From Microbotryum violaceum (lineage: Eukaryota), in assembly GCA_001244265.2 (NCBI GenBank), contig CDLV01000009.1, positions 1,178,001-1,242,000 of the forward strand: a stretch of DNA of 64,000 nt. The letters are read 5' to 3'. Below the pieces are notes generated by a model. It was not told where the DNA came from. It saw only the letters and a list, made by a program, of their open reading frames with translations, and ran no database searches. This document shows, piece after piece, positions 12,145-24,497 of this stretch (position 1 is its first letter; every line of letters begins with the position of its first letter). The translations under genes were made by a program, and so were the position numbers.

Positions 12145-13872
12145 TCACTCTTGTTTGAGGTCGGGTTTGACGTTCGCCGGGTCGAGGGGGTAGAGGTGCT
12201 TCCTGTAGGGTGGAGAGTACGTGTTTAGCTGGTGATACCGATATCAATGGGGAATAAAGCGATCCATACCCGATGAACTGTGGGTGATTGAATGGACTTC
12301 GGTCAGAAAGGTGACATGGCGATACGATCAGTAAGAGGGGTACTCACTTTGGCCATTGTGAAAGAGTTGACCTAGATGGTGGAGGACAACAGGAGTCAGT
12401 TCCCGCGGCACATCGTGAACCCATAAGCTAAGTACTGACTGTCGATCCTGGAAATATTCTCTGTGCACGGGACAGGAGAGGGACAGTCAGCGATCTGATG
12501 CGCAGAGACACAGCGGCGATCAGGACTGCTCACCCTCAGTTTCTCGTCCAGTCGGATCTCGGTCTTTTTTTCAGGAAGTTGCAAGCTACGCGGGAAATCG
12601 CTGAGCGTCAGAGAAAGCAAACTATTCATGCCTCGCCAGACTGACTCGTTTCCTTTGATATACACCTGCAAGCACACCGAGAACGTTCTTAGCGCTTTCC
12701 ACTGCCCCTGATCACACCCAGTTCAAACGTACCCATAGCGCCTTTGTAACCTGAGGCCGACTGAGTTGATCGCTCCCACACACATCGGCCATCTCCTGAC
12801 TAAGTCGATGCAGCTTGTTAAAGCCCGTATTGGACACCTTGCGCTGCTTTTTCGGCGCCGAATCGTCCTCGTCTGATCCGATAGTGGCGGCCGATTTCGA
12901 CTTTCGCTTCTTGGTTCCCGCATTGCACGATTTGGCTTTAGACTTGGCTGATCCTGGAGCCGTACTCGTCCCAGCTCTGGATGGTCGAGCGTTGAGTTCG
13001 TTTTGGAGCCTCATGGCTATTTGTTCGTCGGTGAGCTGGTTGCTCGCTCGTGGGGCCGTCGGTTTCCTCTCGGCCTTGATGGGCTGAGCAGGGGAGGTGT
13101 ACGATATGGCGTGAAGACGACTTTTGGACGCGTTCTCATGTTTGACCTCTTGATTCACAGGCGCGTGAACGGGTTTGTCGTTCCCGTTCCGCTCGTGTTC
13201 GTCCTCGTCGGCTTCCTCCGAGTCGTCATTTTGGTCGTTGAAGATGGCGAAGGTGACCGAGTCGATCGCGGTCTTGTGGGCTTTGATGTCCATTTTCGGA
13301 TACAGGTCCTGTTGAATTGTATACCAGCCGTGGTTGTCATGTGAGTCACAGGGACCGTTTGTTGCAGCGCGTTCGGGGATGTGGTGGGGAAGAATTAGGA
13401 TCGCGACGGAGGGAGCACGAACAAGGTTGGTCAGTACTTATGCCGTGCATACCGATGTAGGGAGTATCCAACGTATTGACAGGATCCTTAGCCAATGGTC
13501 TCCGAGTCTATAACGCTGGATGGACTGACCTGTAGCTGCTTTCGCACCCCCTTGGCGGTGACGCTCGCTCGATCGGAACCCTTCAAGATCATCTCCTGCG
13601 AGGGGTGAAGCGCCAAAGTCGACACGTTCAGTCTCCACCATCACGCACAGGCATACGCTATCCTCTCCGCCGGCTGACTCCTCCCCATGAACCAAGAGGT
13701 CGCGTCGCCCCTTCCCCCCACTCGACCTTGATGTGGGCGCACGGCGTGGGCCCGTGCGCTACGCATCGATCACCGCAGCCGCCTTTGTATAGTTGTCTCG
13801 CGTTCATCCGGGACTCACAATCGCAGGTCGAAGCAACTCGACCTCAAAGTTATCATCCGCCGAGTCCGACAT
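12145..13872 (-). CDS. DEK-C + SWIB/MDM2 domain protein (Uaf30/Tri1/Spp27-like)
   Basis: Spliced translation MSDSADDNFEVELLRPAI|EMILKGSDRASVTAKGVRKQLQ (DEK-C), then GFNKLHRLSQEMADVCG..LSRPQVTKALW|VYIKGN..DEKLR..VNSFTMAK|FIG|KHLYP (SWIB). Stop at 12145-12147. Confidence 0.88.
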
Positions 13873-14523
13873 GGTTGTGCGTTGAGGCGCGTGGTCGCAG
13901 GAGTGCTTCTGATGATCCGAATCAAGGCGATCGCCGTGCCAGCTGGTGCGGGCTAAAGCTGGCCCGGCCGCTTGATCAAGAGCTATCAAGAGCCCCAACA
14001 CCTGCTGTCCCCGTCCGCATGGTCTGAGCGCGAGAGAGCACGAGCAGCTGCCACCCTGAGCTCCTTCCCGGCCGGGCCGCCGCCGGCCGCACGCAAAGCA
14101 GCGTCAGATCTCGAGATCGCAACACAACGAGTCGGTGATACTTGTCACAAGTGGGTAGATCCAGATTTAAATTGTTCCGGAGAGGAGAAAGGCTCATTGA
14201 GCAACACTCAGTATCCAAGTCTCAAGTCCGAAGCTCAGTCTGCCAGAGCGCCCAGCGTCAGCGAAATTCTGATTTCTCTGGCCGGCAAGGTCCACCGTGC
14301 CGATGCAGCTAGAAGGGGTGCTTGAAGCACTCGCGATATAGCCGGTTTCTGAATACACTCGTATCTTGCCTCAATGTGGCCGTCTAGTGCCCAGTCGTGA
14401 TCCTGGGGGAGCCGTTCGATGAGTGCTCGGATATCGCGCAGTCAAAGCGTTTCACGTAAAGAAAAGAAAGAAGAGGCTTCGACTTTTAGCTGCAAAACAT
14501 CGTCTCCAGGCAAGAGACCGTTT

Positions 14524-14919
14524 TCACCGGGCAAGATAATTCTTTCCGTGTTCTTGAGGGAAAGGCGGAGACTACGGAAAAGTCAAAGGAGTCTTAAACA
14601 AGTAGGGGTATGCACGATTCGTGTGTTGCAACCATACCTTGCGACAGTTTGACAGGCTATCCCAAATGGTTGGACGTGACTGAAGGCTGATGTAAAGAGC
14701 AGCGCGGCAAAGTCGTTCGTGAGCGAGTGATCGAGATTGAAACGGTTCTTGAAGGGTCGATTCGATTGCGTGTGATCTGAGTGCAACGCACAACTCTCCA
14801 TCGCTCTTGGTCTCGGGGAGGGGATTGGCTTGGATCGTCATCGCGACGATTGTGAGCCCGAGGAATGACCCTATTGAGAACAAGGAGAAGAAAAAAGAGA
14901 TGTGCGCGCTCTGGACCAT
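14524..14919 (-). CDS. Candidate small secreted protein (74 aa, 3 exons)
   Basis: Hydrophobic leader ending IQA|NPLP. GT-AG introns 14687..14791 and 14572..14637 give an open frame. No recognisable domain. Confidence 0.35.
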
Positions 14920-15519
14920 TTATAGTTATGAGCTCTGCATTTATCGGAGACTGCGTAACTAAGCTGTTCACCAGCCAAGCCAGCCACCGTCGCTAGCTGC
15001 AGCTACAAGCTTCAAATGAAACGCATGGTGCCGAGCTTTTCTGCTGTTCGGCGTGCGGACAAACGATCTTCTCATCCAATCACATAAGAAATAATAAACC
15101 AGAAAGACCGCGAGGATCTTTTAGTGAGCTTGGCCAAGCACGTATGCTCTCAGACCACACGGTGAAAAGGAACGGTCGAATGAATTTATCCAAGCGCTGG
15201 CAATGCCCCACAGTGAATCCTCGCGAGATATTCTGTCATCACTCGTTCCAAGTGCCCGGTCTGGCCGTCCTAGCTTCGATGACATTCATTTCACCTCATC
15301 GATTTCTCGGCGTCCACGAGTTTGTGAAAGGGTGGACAAGTTCGCATCTCGGCACCGAACCCGAGGGAGGGTGTCACTTCCGCGATAAGACTTTCACTAG
15401 TCGATCAGGGTTTTTATTCTCGTGGCCAGACATAATGCATAATCAACTAAAGACCTTTCCCAACCAAACGCACCACCTTATCGGGGTGATCGTTCTTCCA
15501 CCTGCGGGCTTTATCATCC

Positions 15520-16997
15520 TCATTCACCTTTACCCCTCAATGCGTTGATGGCTCCTAAGCCTTGATTCATCCGCTCCGCCTGGTCGATCATCCCAGCGTC
15601 ATTCATACCCAAGAGACGATAAAACAGTACCCTTAGCATCTGGGCTGCGGATTATGCGACTTACTGGCAGGAAATCGACTTACGTTGGTCAAGAAGACCT
15701 CGACGGCCCTGACAAAGTTGAGCTTGGACATCCAGCAGCTGTGAGGCGTGAGGATCATGTTGTCCAGTCCGCCGAGAAAGACATGCCCATCTGGCAATGG
15801 CTCAGGGTTCGAGACGCTGTGCAAGTGTTGATGACATCTCAGTACACCCGTCACCAAACACGTGCGGACCTTTTTCCCCGTCGTCATGTCCACACCCACC
15901 AACTCACTCAATCGACGCCCCCGCGATCCTCAACGACCCCGTCTGACCCATCGGTTCGTCCTCCGCCTCCAACGAACCTTTCAAGGCTTCGGCCAACGCG
16001 TCCTGATCATTCGTATCCCCTCTCCCCAAATTCAAATATATCGCATCGTCCTTCATCTGTTCAAACTCGGTCCTTCCCATGATGCCTCTGGTGTCCGCCG
16101 AAGATGGAAGGAGGTTCAAGACGATGTCGGCGCGATTGAGTAGGCTATGGAGTGACGAACGGGATGTGGTGGTGTACCATTCGGATGGAATCGAACCTGT
16201 TGGGTCGCCGGTGTTGGGAAGGTGGAAACCTTTGATAGGTGCTTGGACGCCGGAACGGGTCGCGACGATGATGTTGGCCCCAAAGGCCGAAGCGAGACGG
16301 GCAGTTTCTCGAGCGATGTGACCGTACTGTAGAGGGACAAGAATAACACGAGCACATCAGTCAAGACCGCCAAGAAGAGTCCGATCATCCCCGCATGCCG
16401 CCTCACCCCAAGTATCGCAAAAGTCTTTCCCCTCAACTCGGTAAAGAAAAGCTGAGCATCTGGGCCGCTCCCGCCCAGTTCATTCGGACCGACCCATCTC
16501 TTCTCCTTCCGAATAACCCGATCCACATTAAGAATCTTATGCAAAAGCATCAACGTGATCATTAGCGCATGTTCACCGATCGTCGTCGCGTGGATCCCCG
16601 CCGTATTAGCGAGGATCAAAGGATGCTCCTCGGGTACGGATTTGTGAAAAGGTGAATCGGTGATTTGGGTCGTCCCCGATCCAACAGTCTGGATCAACTT
16701 GAGCTTGGGGGTCATTGTGAGGAAATCACCGTTGAAAAGATCGGGGTAAAGATGGAAGCAGAGGATCGCATCGACGTTGGCCAAGATTTCGGCGGAAGGG
16801 ACGGGGGCCGGACCGGCGGTCGAGTTGTAATCAACGGCGGAACGTTGAGGGTAGAAATGGACTTCGGATATATTGGCGCGGAGTTTATCGACTAGGTTGC
16901 GTGGTTCGAGCGGGTATAGTACGAGGAGCGAGTTGATCTGCGGTGTTTGGGACGCCTGATTGGAGGTGGATGCGGATGAAGCGGAGGAGGTGGCCAT
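15520..16997 (-). CDS. D-isomer-specific 2-hydroxyacid dehydrogenase (in-frame upstream ATG at 17156 may add a mitochondrial presequence)
   Basis: ELRGKTFAILG|YGHIARE, LLPSSADTRG, YLNLGRG, D|VSNPEPLP and ILTPHS (Arg/Glu/His catalytic triad). Three introns; stop at 15520-15522. Confidence 0.92.
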
Positions 16998-17317
16998 GGC
17001 TGCGAATGAATGTGGGGGAGACGGGCGAAGGCCAAACTGGAGAGGTGGGCTGCACGGACGTCCAAGTGAGCGAGACGCTGCAGGAACGACCGTAGAGCGG
17101 ATGAGAAAGGAAGGCCAAGAAGATACGATGCTACACGTCGCCCGTCGAGCTAGCATATGAATGGTGTGGACCCAAAAGGGGCCAATCAGACTCGGACGAA
17201 CTTTGGCGAGCTGAGGCCTGCACGGCGCTTCCAGCTGCTCGGGCACCAGTGCGGAGGATTTGCTGCTTATCTCCGGTTTCGCAGTACTGTCCTGGCCATA
17301 CCGCACATTCGAATGTC

Positions 17318-18330
17318 ATGACCAGAGCCGCTCTCTTACTCGTCGATGTTCAGTACGACTTTCTCGACCAGCCGACCCCGGGATCCCTGGCCGTTCCAGG
17401 AGGACACGAGATCCTGCCCCACGTCCATCATTTGCTCGACACGGGCGATTGGCAACTCGTCGTCGCGTCGCAGGTCAGTTGAAGCATACACTGCCACCTT
17501 ATCCTGCATCGTTTTGTAACCACAAAGTACCCTGTTGCAGGACTTTCATCCCTCTAATCACATCTCCTTCGCCTCGCGCCACCATCGAGAGCCCTTCACC
17601 AAGCTCGTCGTTCCCAGACCACCTTCGCAAGAGGCGCACCAGCAGGAGCTATGGCCCGATCACTGTGTGCAAGGGACACACGGCGGCGAGATTGAGCGGG
17701 GCGTACAACAACGATTGGAGGCGTGGCAGGGGCCTAAACTCGTCGTACAGAAAGTAAGTTGGGCTTTGACTCGCGTCGTCATCGTCGCTTCCTCGTTGAC
17801 TCGACAAAAGTGGGGCTCAGCTTTTTCAGAGCCCTCCTTGGCTCGGCTAGCTCAAGCCGAATACTGATTCTCACCACACCGCGGGCTCTTTGGTGATGTT
17901 ATAGGGGACGGATGAAGACCTGGACGCATACTCAGCTTTCGCCATACCCTTGACAGCACAAGATCAACAGCTCTCTCCGCTCACTCGAGTACTCATGGGT
18001 ACGCGTCCTGCGTTGCACCGGAAGCGCCGGAGCCATGTCTCGCTGAGCTGATAAACTGGGCACCTTTTTGTCCCTATCGTCCAAATAGAACACAACATCG
18101 ACATAGTCGTCGTCGTCGGCCTCGCCACCGATTACTGCATCAAAGCCTCTGCCCTAGCGGCAATCGAAGAAGGTCGCAAACGAGGATGGAAGGTTCTGAT
18201 CGTTCAAGAGGCCGTCAAAGGCATCGATACTGAACAATCACAACGTGCATTAGAGGAGCTCGAACGTAAGGGTGCGAGAGTTGTGAATATGGCTGATGTA
18301 GAGTTGAATGCATTGGCTAAGAAGCGGTGA
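17318..18330 (+). CDS. PNC1: Nicotinamidase/pyrazinamidase
   Basis: VDVQYDF, GSLAVPGG, Q|DFHPSNHISFAS, LWPDHCVQGT, K|G...DAYSAF and GLATDYC. Three introns. Confidence 0.95.
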
Positions 18331-18460
18331 TCTGATCCTGCTTCTCGGTTTTTCGAGTTCTCCCGGCTCTTGCTCGCGTGTTGTTGACTTTTTTTTCTTG
18401 ACTACGCTGCGTTTTTCCTTCGTCCTGTGATCTACACTGGGCCCATGCTCTCCCAAGGGT

Positions 18461-19700
18461 TCACTCATCGCGCCTCACATCCCTCATCGGACTATCCTCC
18501 TCCCTCCTCGAGGTGCTCTGAGGGGAACTCGCCTTCTTGGTATCCCACTCTGTCCCCTTCTCCCAAGTATCCCTTCCCTTCCCCTCTTTCCTCGGAGGCG
18601 ATCTAGGACCAGGTGAACGACTCCTACTCCTTTTCGACGAGATGGAAAGTCTTCGCCTTGGTGCACTGTGAGCATTCTGGGTCCCTTCTCGTGCCGAAGC
18701 GGACATTTCCGAATTCGTCTTCCATCTTTCTTGCGCCATGGCTCGATTCGAGTCTCCGAACCCAAAGGCCGAAGGAACCGAAGAAGGAGGAAGACGAGAA
18801 TCGTTTGAATTCGAGGCCCATCGATCATCATTCGCTGAAGCTCTGCTCGTCGCAGTGCCTCGAATCCCAAAAGAAGGCGCCGCCGGTGCTCCGGCGTTGA
18901 ATCGATCACCAGCAGGACCTCTCGTCAGTGCACCACGGACCTGGAATCCCGAGGATGAAGGTGGACCTCGATTCGGATAGGCATTCTGAGGCTTGTTGGC
19001 CCCAAAGGAAGGTGCACCACCGGCGTTGAACGTGGGTTGTAGAGCGATGGAGAGGTAATCTCCGACGACCCAACTCGTTTGGTGTAATGTCTTGTCACCC
19101 GGTGCTGTACCGGTCGTAGACTTGGTCGAGTGGAAGATATCGCGGTTGGTGAGCAATCCGATCGGTTTGCTTCGGTGACGAGATGATTGCGCGTCGTAGT
19201 AGACGAGCTTGAAGCTGTAGCGTATGTTGGGAGGGGTGGTGGGGAGCGTGAAGGAGGACGCGAGCGCGTGGACGAGTTCCTTTAGGGTCGAGTCTCGCCT
19301 AGGTGGAGGTACAGAGGCGGGATGAGATGAGTATCAAAGTCCTAGTGTGATGATTCGCATGAATGAGTATGACAGGTACTGACCAGACGTAGAGCTGATA
19401 CTCATCCTGCAGGATCGATCTCGCCGGACCCGTTCCATCAGGGGAAGAGAAGAGCGCCTCGTCATGGTGTTGAGGCGTACGAGAGACAAAGACGCGCAAC
19501 AAGGATGGTACGGTCGTTGATCGCTTGACTTTAGGTGGAGGCGAGGGGGAACGTTGACGGGGTGGGGGTGGTCCTCGTGAAGGCGCTGAGGGGGGTCGGT
19601 TCGGATAGGATGATGGTCCCGAGGGGTGGTAACCGCCTCGACCGCGGGATGAGGACGAAGCGTAGCCCGAGGGACCACCACTTCGGGGCCGTTGGTTCAT
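18461..19700 (-). CDS. SAP18: Sin3-associated polypeptide SAP18 with low-complexity RS-rich tail
   Basis: RSTTVPSLLRVF, DEYQLYVW|RDSTLKEL, RYSFKLVY and KTLHQTSWVVGDYLSIAL. Confidence 0.88.
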
Positions 19701-19911
19701 CGAAGTGGGAGCTGACTTTGTGTGAGCAGGCTCGTGCGACCTGGTACGACCGAAGAGGGAGCCACAGGGAGCAGGAGGGATTCTAAAGAGGAGCGCGCGA
19801 TCGCTTGCGAGGTCGGTCGTCAATCGCTCTCTATCGCTCTCCTTTCGCTTTGCTCCCCGTTGACATCTTGGTCGCACCACCGTAACCGACCCCACCAGCT
19901 CGTCGCACAAT

Positions 19912-21483
19912 ATGTCGCAAGGGCTCAGAGTCACCCTGTACGTACAACAGGTTTCTACCCTGCGTCTAGACAGCGGCAGTACTCACTCCCCTCCCCTCTC
20001 GTTCCTCATCCACCTCGTGTCGTCGTCATCCACTCTCGAACGTTGCAGTCACCCGCTGCCGCTGCTCAACGTCTCGGAGCACCTCACCCGCGTCAGCTGG
20101 CAGGAAAATGACCCCAATGTCCGAGGTAAGCACACATATGCGTACACCTACCGGCAGGGTTCTGAACAGCTCCCTCATCGTTCCCTCGCCCCCACTTGTC
20201 CTCGCCCTCCCCCACAGTCGTTGGAGGCCTGTTGGGCACCCAAGTAGGACGCGATCTCGAAATAATCAACTCGTTTGAAATCGTATGTCTACCCTCCGAG
20301 GACAAGCCCGGCCACCTCCTCGTCGACCACGAATACTTTGTCACCAGGAGGGATCAGTGTCAGTCACCGACTCGACGAGCACGAGGCAGGGGTAGAAGTG
20401 CACCAATGCTGATCGACCTATACCATACCTCACAGTCAAACAAGTCTTTCCGACGTTGGATGTGCTGGGATGGTACAGCGTCGGCACCGAACCCACGGAA
20501 CAGGACATTGCTCTCCACCGTCAAGTAAGCTCCTAAAAGCAGGCTACAAGTGCACGCCTGCATGCTCATCCCGCGCCGTTCTCATCCCTACAGTTCCTCG
20601 AATACAACGAGAACCCTCTGTTCCTCCAATTCGATCGCTCCAACGCCGCCACGGCCAACTCGAAACAACTCCCCGCGACCATCTACGAATCCATCGTTGA
20701 ACTCGGCCAAGGCGACCAATTGGCCAAGACCGTCTTGGTCCCTACGCCGTACGAGATCGAGACCGGTGAAGCCGAACGAGTCGCGGTGGATCATGTTGCG
20801 AAACCGTCTGATTCGGAGGCGGCGGGCGCCAATTCGAGCCGTGAGTGCTGTCCCCTTCATCGCGGAAGAGTTCTCGCTACCGAAAGTGGATACTGATGAT
20901 CGTCCTAACGGTACCAACAGTCGTCGCTTCGTTGACAACCCAACGCAACGCCGTCAAAATGTTGCACGACCGCATCCGTACCATCGTATCCTACCTTGAA
21001 GCGGTCCAACAAGGCACCGCACCGAGGGACGACGAAACTTTGCGTCAGATCTCGGCGTTGCTGACGAGGTTGCAACCCAAGACGACGGCCAAGGCCGATA
21101 CTCGAGAAGGAGAGGATAAAGGGGGAGAGATGGATCTGCTTGATGATGGGTACGAGGAAGAGTTCATGACCGAGTACAACGACGTCATGTTGACGACCTA
21201 TTTGGCCGCGATGACGAAGGGCTTGTACTCTGCGAACGATGTGAGTTAATCCTGGCCCATAATGAAGCACGAAGTACTCGCTAACATGGTCTGCATTTCA
21301 TATCCACAGCTTCTGGACAAACAACTCGTGCTCCTCTCGGGATCGAATGTCAATGCCGGGGAGGAAGGAGGTTTCATGGGTGGTGGTGCGAGGACGAGAG
21401 GTGGAGGACCTGGAGGAGACAAGAACTCTCAGGGACCCTCGGGCCGTGCGCATCCTCGAAGAGGGCTATCTTCTATGGCCTGA
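19912..21483 (+). CDS. CSN6: COP9 signalosome subunit 6 (MPN domain)
   Basis: L|HPLPLLNVSEHLTR, VGGLLGTQVGRDLEIINSFE, KQVFPTLDVLGWY, IETGEAERVAVDHV and QRNAVKMLHDRI. Confidence 0.95.
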
Positions 21484-21718
21484 AGAAGAGTCGTGTGAGA
21501 GAGGAATCGAAAAGCCTCTCACTTTTCAACTTGACGGGGCTTCCTCAGATCGTTTGTAGCAATGTGTACCATACTTGTCGCTCATGCAATTTTCAATTAA
21601 TCTTCTTGTGCTAGGCGCACGGGCTTTACAACCGCGTACAACGAGTAGTTTTCACCGGAGGCGCATTGTAAACATTACGAATTAGGAAATACTCGCGAAT
21701 AGAGGGGAGCGGTTAACA

Positions 21719-22460
21719 ATGTCGGCTAGAGGGGATGAAGATAGGCGGCTCTCCGCCCGGCAAGATCAAAGTGAAGTCGAGCTCTCGTCGAGGTCTCAGG
21801 GGCAAAGGGGTTCGGACACTTCAAGTATTGAGACTTGCTTACTCGCGTTCGCCGTGTTCTCATTCATGCTCACCACCACCTTGTGCATCACCGTGCCTTT
21901 ATCGATCATGCAAAAAGAAAAAGTGCAGGTATCGACTGTCTGACCTCGCCCGCGGAACACCTTCCGATGGCCCCTGTCGACAAAGTTGACGTGGAAACAG
22001 CCCTGAAACCTACCCGTCCCTTGAACCCCCCCTCCCGCAATCCTGAGCCGCCCCCTTCTACTTCCATCTGTTTCCTGACGACCTAGGGTTAGACCTCGCC
22101 CCCCTCCCCTCTACCTCGATTTGTTTCCTGACAAGCCTAGGGTTAGCCTCCGCTCGATGTCGGCTTTTTGGTCGCGCCAGCTTCTCGTCAAGTCGCCGTC
22201 GATCGATGACGGGGACAGAGAAGGAGTGTGGTCGATCGATCTGGGTCTGGTTTGGCCGACGTCTATTTCGAATCTTCACATTTTTTCAAAAACTTTTTTA
22301 TGTTCTCCTCTTTATGCGGTGTTTCGCTCTCGGCCTTCACAATCTTCTTTTGATCTTTTTGGTGTAGCAGATGCAGAAAAGACGGACAAGGCAGGCTGAG
22401 CACTGCCAGGGGCATCGGCCGTTCGCAGGCTTGCGTAGGTCGAGCGGTGGCATACAGTGA
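21719..22460 (+). CDS. Candidate small single-pass membrane protein (about 100 aa if intron 21929..22367 is real)
   Basis: ATG at 21719. Hydrophobic stretch CLLAFAVFSFMLTTTLCITVPLSIM, then CAG|GTATCG donor. Pyrimidine-rich TAGCAG acceptor at 22365-22370. No known domain. Confidence 0.3.
22051..22150. repeat. Imperfect tandem duplication (period about 54 bp) containing telomere-like CCTAGGGTTAG
   Basis: TGTTTCCTGACGA-CCTAGGGTTAGACCTC versus TGTTTCCTGACAAGCCTAGGGTTAG-CCTC, each preceded by a CCC(T)TCTAC-type motif. Confidence 0.8.
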
Positions 22461-22686
22461 GCCATTGCCCATAAATCATGTGTAAGGTATGGAAGTTATT
22501 TGAATTGCGAGAGCGAAAGACAGTCACTAAATTAGAAGAGTCTACAGAAGACATTCAACGAGGAATGAAAGGGGAATTGAAAACCGAGCGAGATTGACCT
22601 TAGAAACAGTGGCCGCGAAGACAGGGATCAGAACGAAGACATCCCAAATGGTACACATATAATTTTCGTCCCCACCTATTCAGAAT

Positions 22687-24497
22687 TTAGCGGTTCTCCT
22701 CCGGCAAGGCCTTGACGATCGCGAAACTGGCTGCTGCTGCCGCACCACCGACAGCCAACGTGCTCAACGCACCCCAAGCGTACCCCGAAGCACCAATAGC
22801 CGCTCCCGTATAGTACGTCTTGAAACCACCGAACAAGATCAGTACAATGCCGGTAATAATGACGGAGATAACCAAACCCTGTTGAGCGGTTTCGACAAAG
22901 AAGTAAGGTAGAAGAGGGATGAGACCTCCGAGGAAGTAGGAGAAGCCAATTGTGAGAGCCGACATGACGAGTCGCAAGTCGGTCGTTTCCTCGAGTCCTT
23001 CGCCAAATTTGAGCAGGAACGCTGTAAGACCTTTTTCGTCCTCGTCCTTGTCGTTCGATTGGGCAAGCAAAGCTTGTCGTTCCTCGTCGCGAGAGGAGGA
23101 GAAGCGAGGTTTCCGGGCGATCGCTTTGAGGCATTGCGACATGATCGAAGGCGGGGCTTGGGGTGCGGGGAGGGTGGCTTCGACTTTTAAGAGGGATCCT
23201 GCAACGCGGCGTGAGATGGAGTCGTCGATGCCGAGCGGGGATAGGATGGCCGAGACTTCTCGTTCCATTTCGCCGGCGCACGAACGCTTGACGCGGTCCT
23301 GAAATTCGAGCAAAGGAGCATTCAGCTTCCGGTTTATGAATTTTCTACATTCAGGTCACCTGAACTGACGCGGGTGTTCTTCTTGAGGTACCGGTAATGA
23401 TCTCGTTCGGCCTGGGCGGAGAGGTAACCGCCGACGCCCATCGACAAACTACCCGAGACGAGCTCGGCGATACCAGCAATGTAAACAAGTCGCGACGATC
23501 CGAGCGATGACAGACCGGCGCAGAGACCGAAGGGAACGGTGAGACCTGGACACAGAGTATGTTGAGTCAGCCAAGTGAACGTCCGGATGATCGTCGGCGA
23601 AAATGCGATAAGTGAACGGCAGCGAGATCGACAGGCGGCGATTTGGTCCGAGATGCTCCATCAAGGGAGGACCGCTGCACCCCGGGGTCGTACCCGATCA
23701 TCCCTTCGCTTCGTACGATAGCTAAATACCACTTACCATCGGCAAGACCAATACTGGACGGCAGTGAGGAGGGCAGCAGCTGGGGGTCAGCAGCGAGTCA
23801 CGTCGGTCGCGATATTTGAGCGCTTTTCGCGCGCAAGTGGCCCGTGTACGGCCAGCACAGGTAGCACACTCACATAATGTCGCGCACGACGTCGGGATCG
23901 ACCAAGGAGCGCTCATCATCGCCTGGAACGATCAGGGGCAGCCGAGTAGGACAGGTGCACGTTGCGGTGGACGACGAAGGCGTTGCGAAGGGAGCCGGTC
24001 ACGAGGAATGACGACGGTGAAAGAGTCAGCCTCGGGTGAAGTAGATGTCGACCGACAAGACCGGGTGCTCACCCTTGAGTTCACGGCAGCAGATGGTACG
24101 TTCCCTGTTGTGCTGATCGCACTTTGACGCTGTGGGAGTGCGCCGAGTGAGCCGAAAATAGGACCTGATATGATTAGCTCGCTGCTGATTCGTCGGCGGC
24201 GAGACAGGAGAGAGAGAGATCGAGCTCGAGATGCCTCGTACCACGCCTGCTGGCGAACGGATACAGAGCAACAGAGCACAGGAGCACAGCAGACTGACCG
24301 AGAGGTACTTCGGCGTTGGCATTGCCGTTGAGACTGGTTTCAGGACCGGCCTGGAGACTCCATACGGGTGCGGCCGACGTAGGCGCTGCAGAACCCGAGT
24401 TGGCGCTCGCCGAGGCGTTCGCAGCTTTGGTCCGCGGTGGCAGCGAAACCGCCGCCTTCGAGGTCGACGAGTTGGACGAAGGGTTGGGGGCTGCCAT
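22687..24497 (-). CDS. CCC1: Vacuolar iron/manganese transporter (VIT1/CCC1 family)
   Basis: DPDVVRDI|IGLADG|LTVPFGLCAGLSSLG, AELVSGSLSMGVGGYL and GGLIPLLPY. Includes a 17-nt exon at 23737..23753. Confidence 0.95.
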
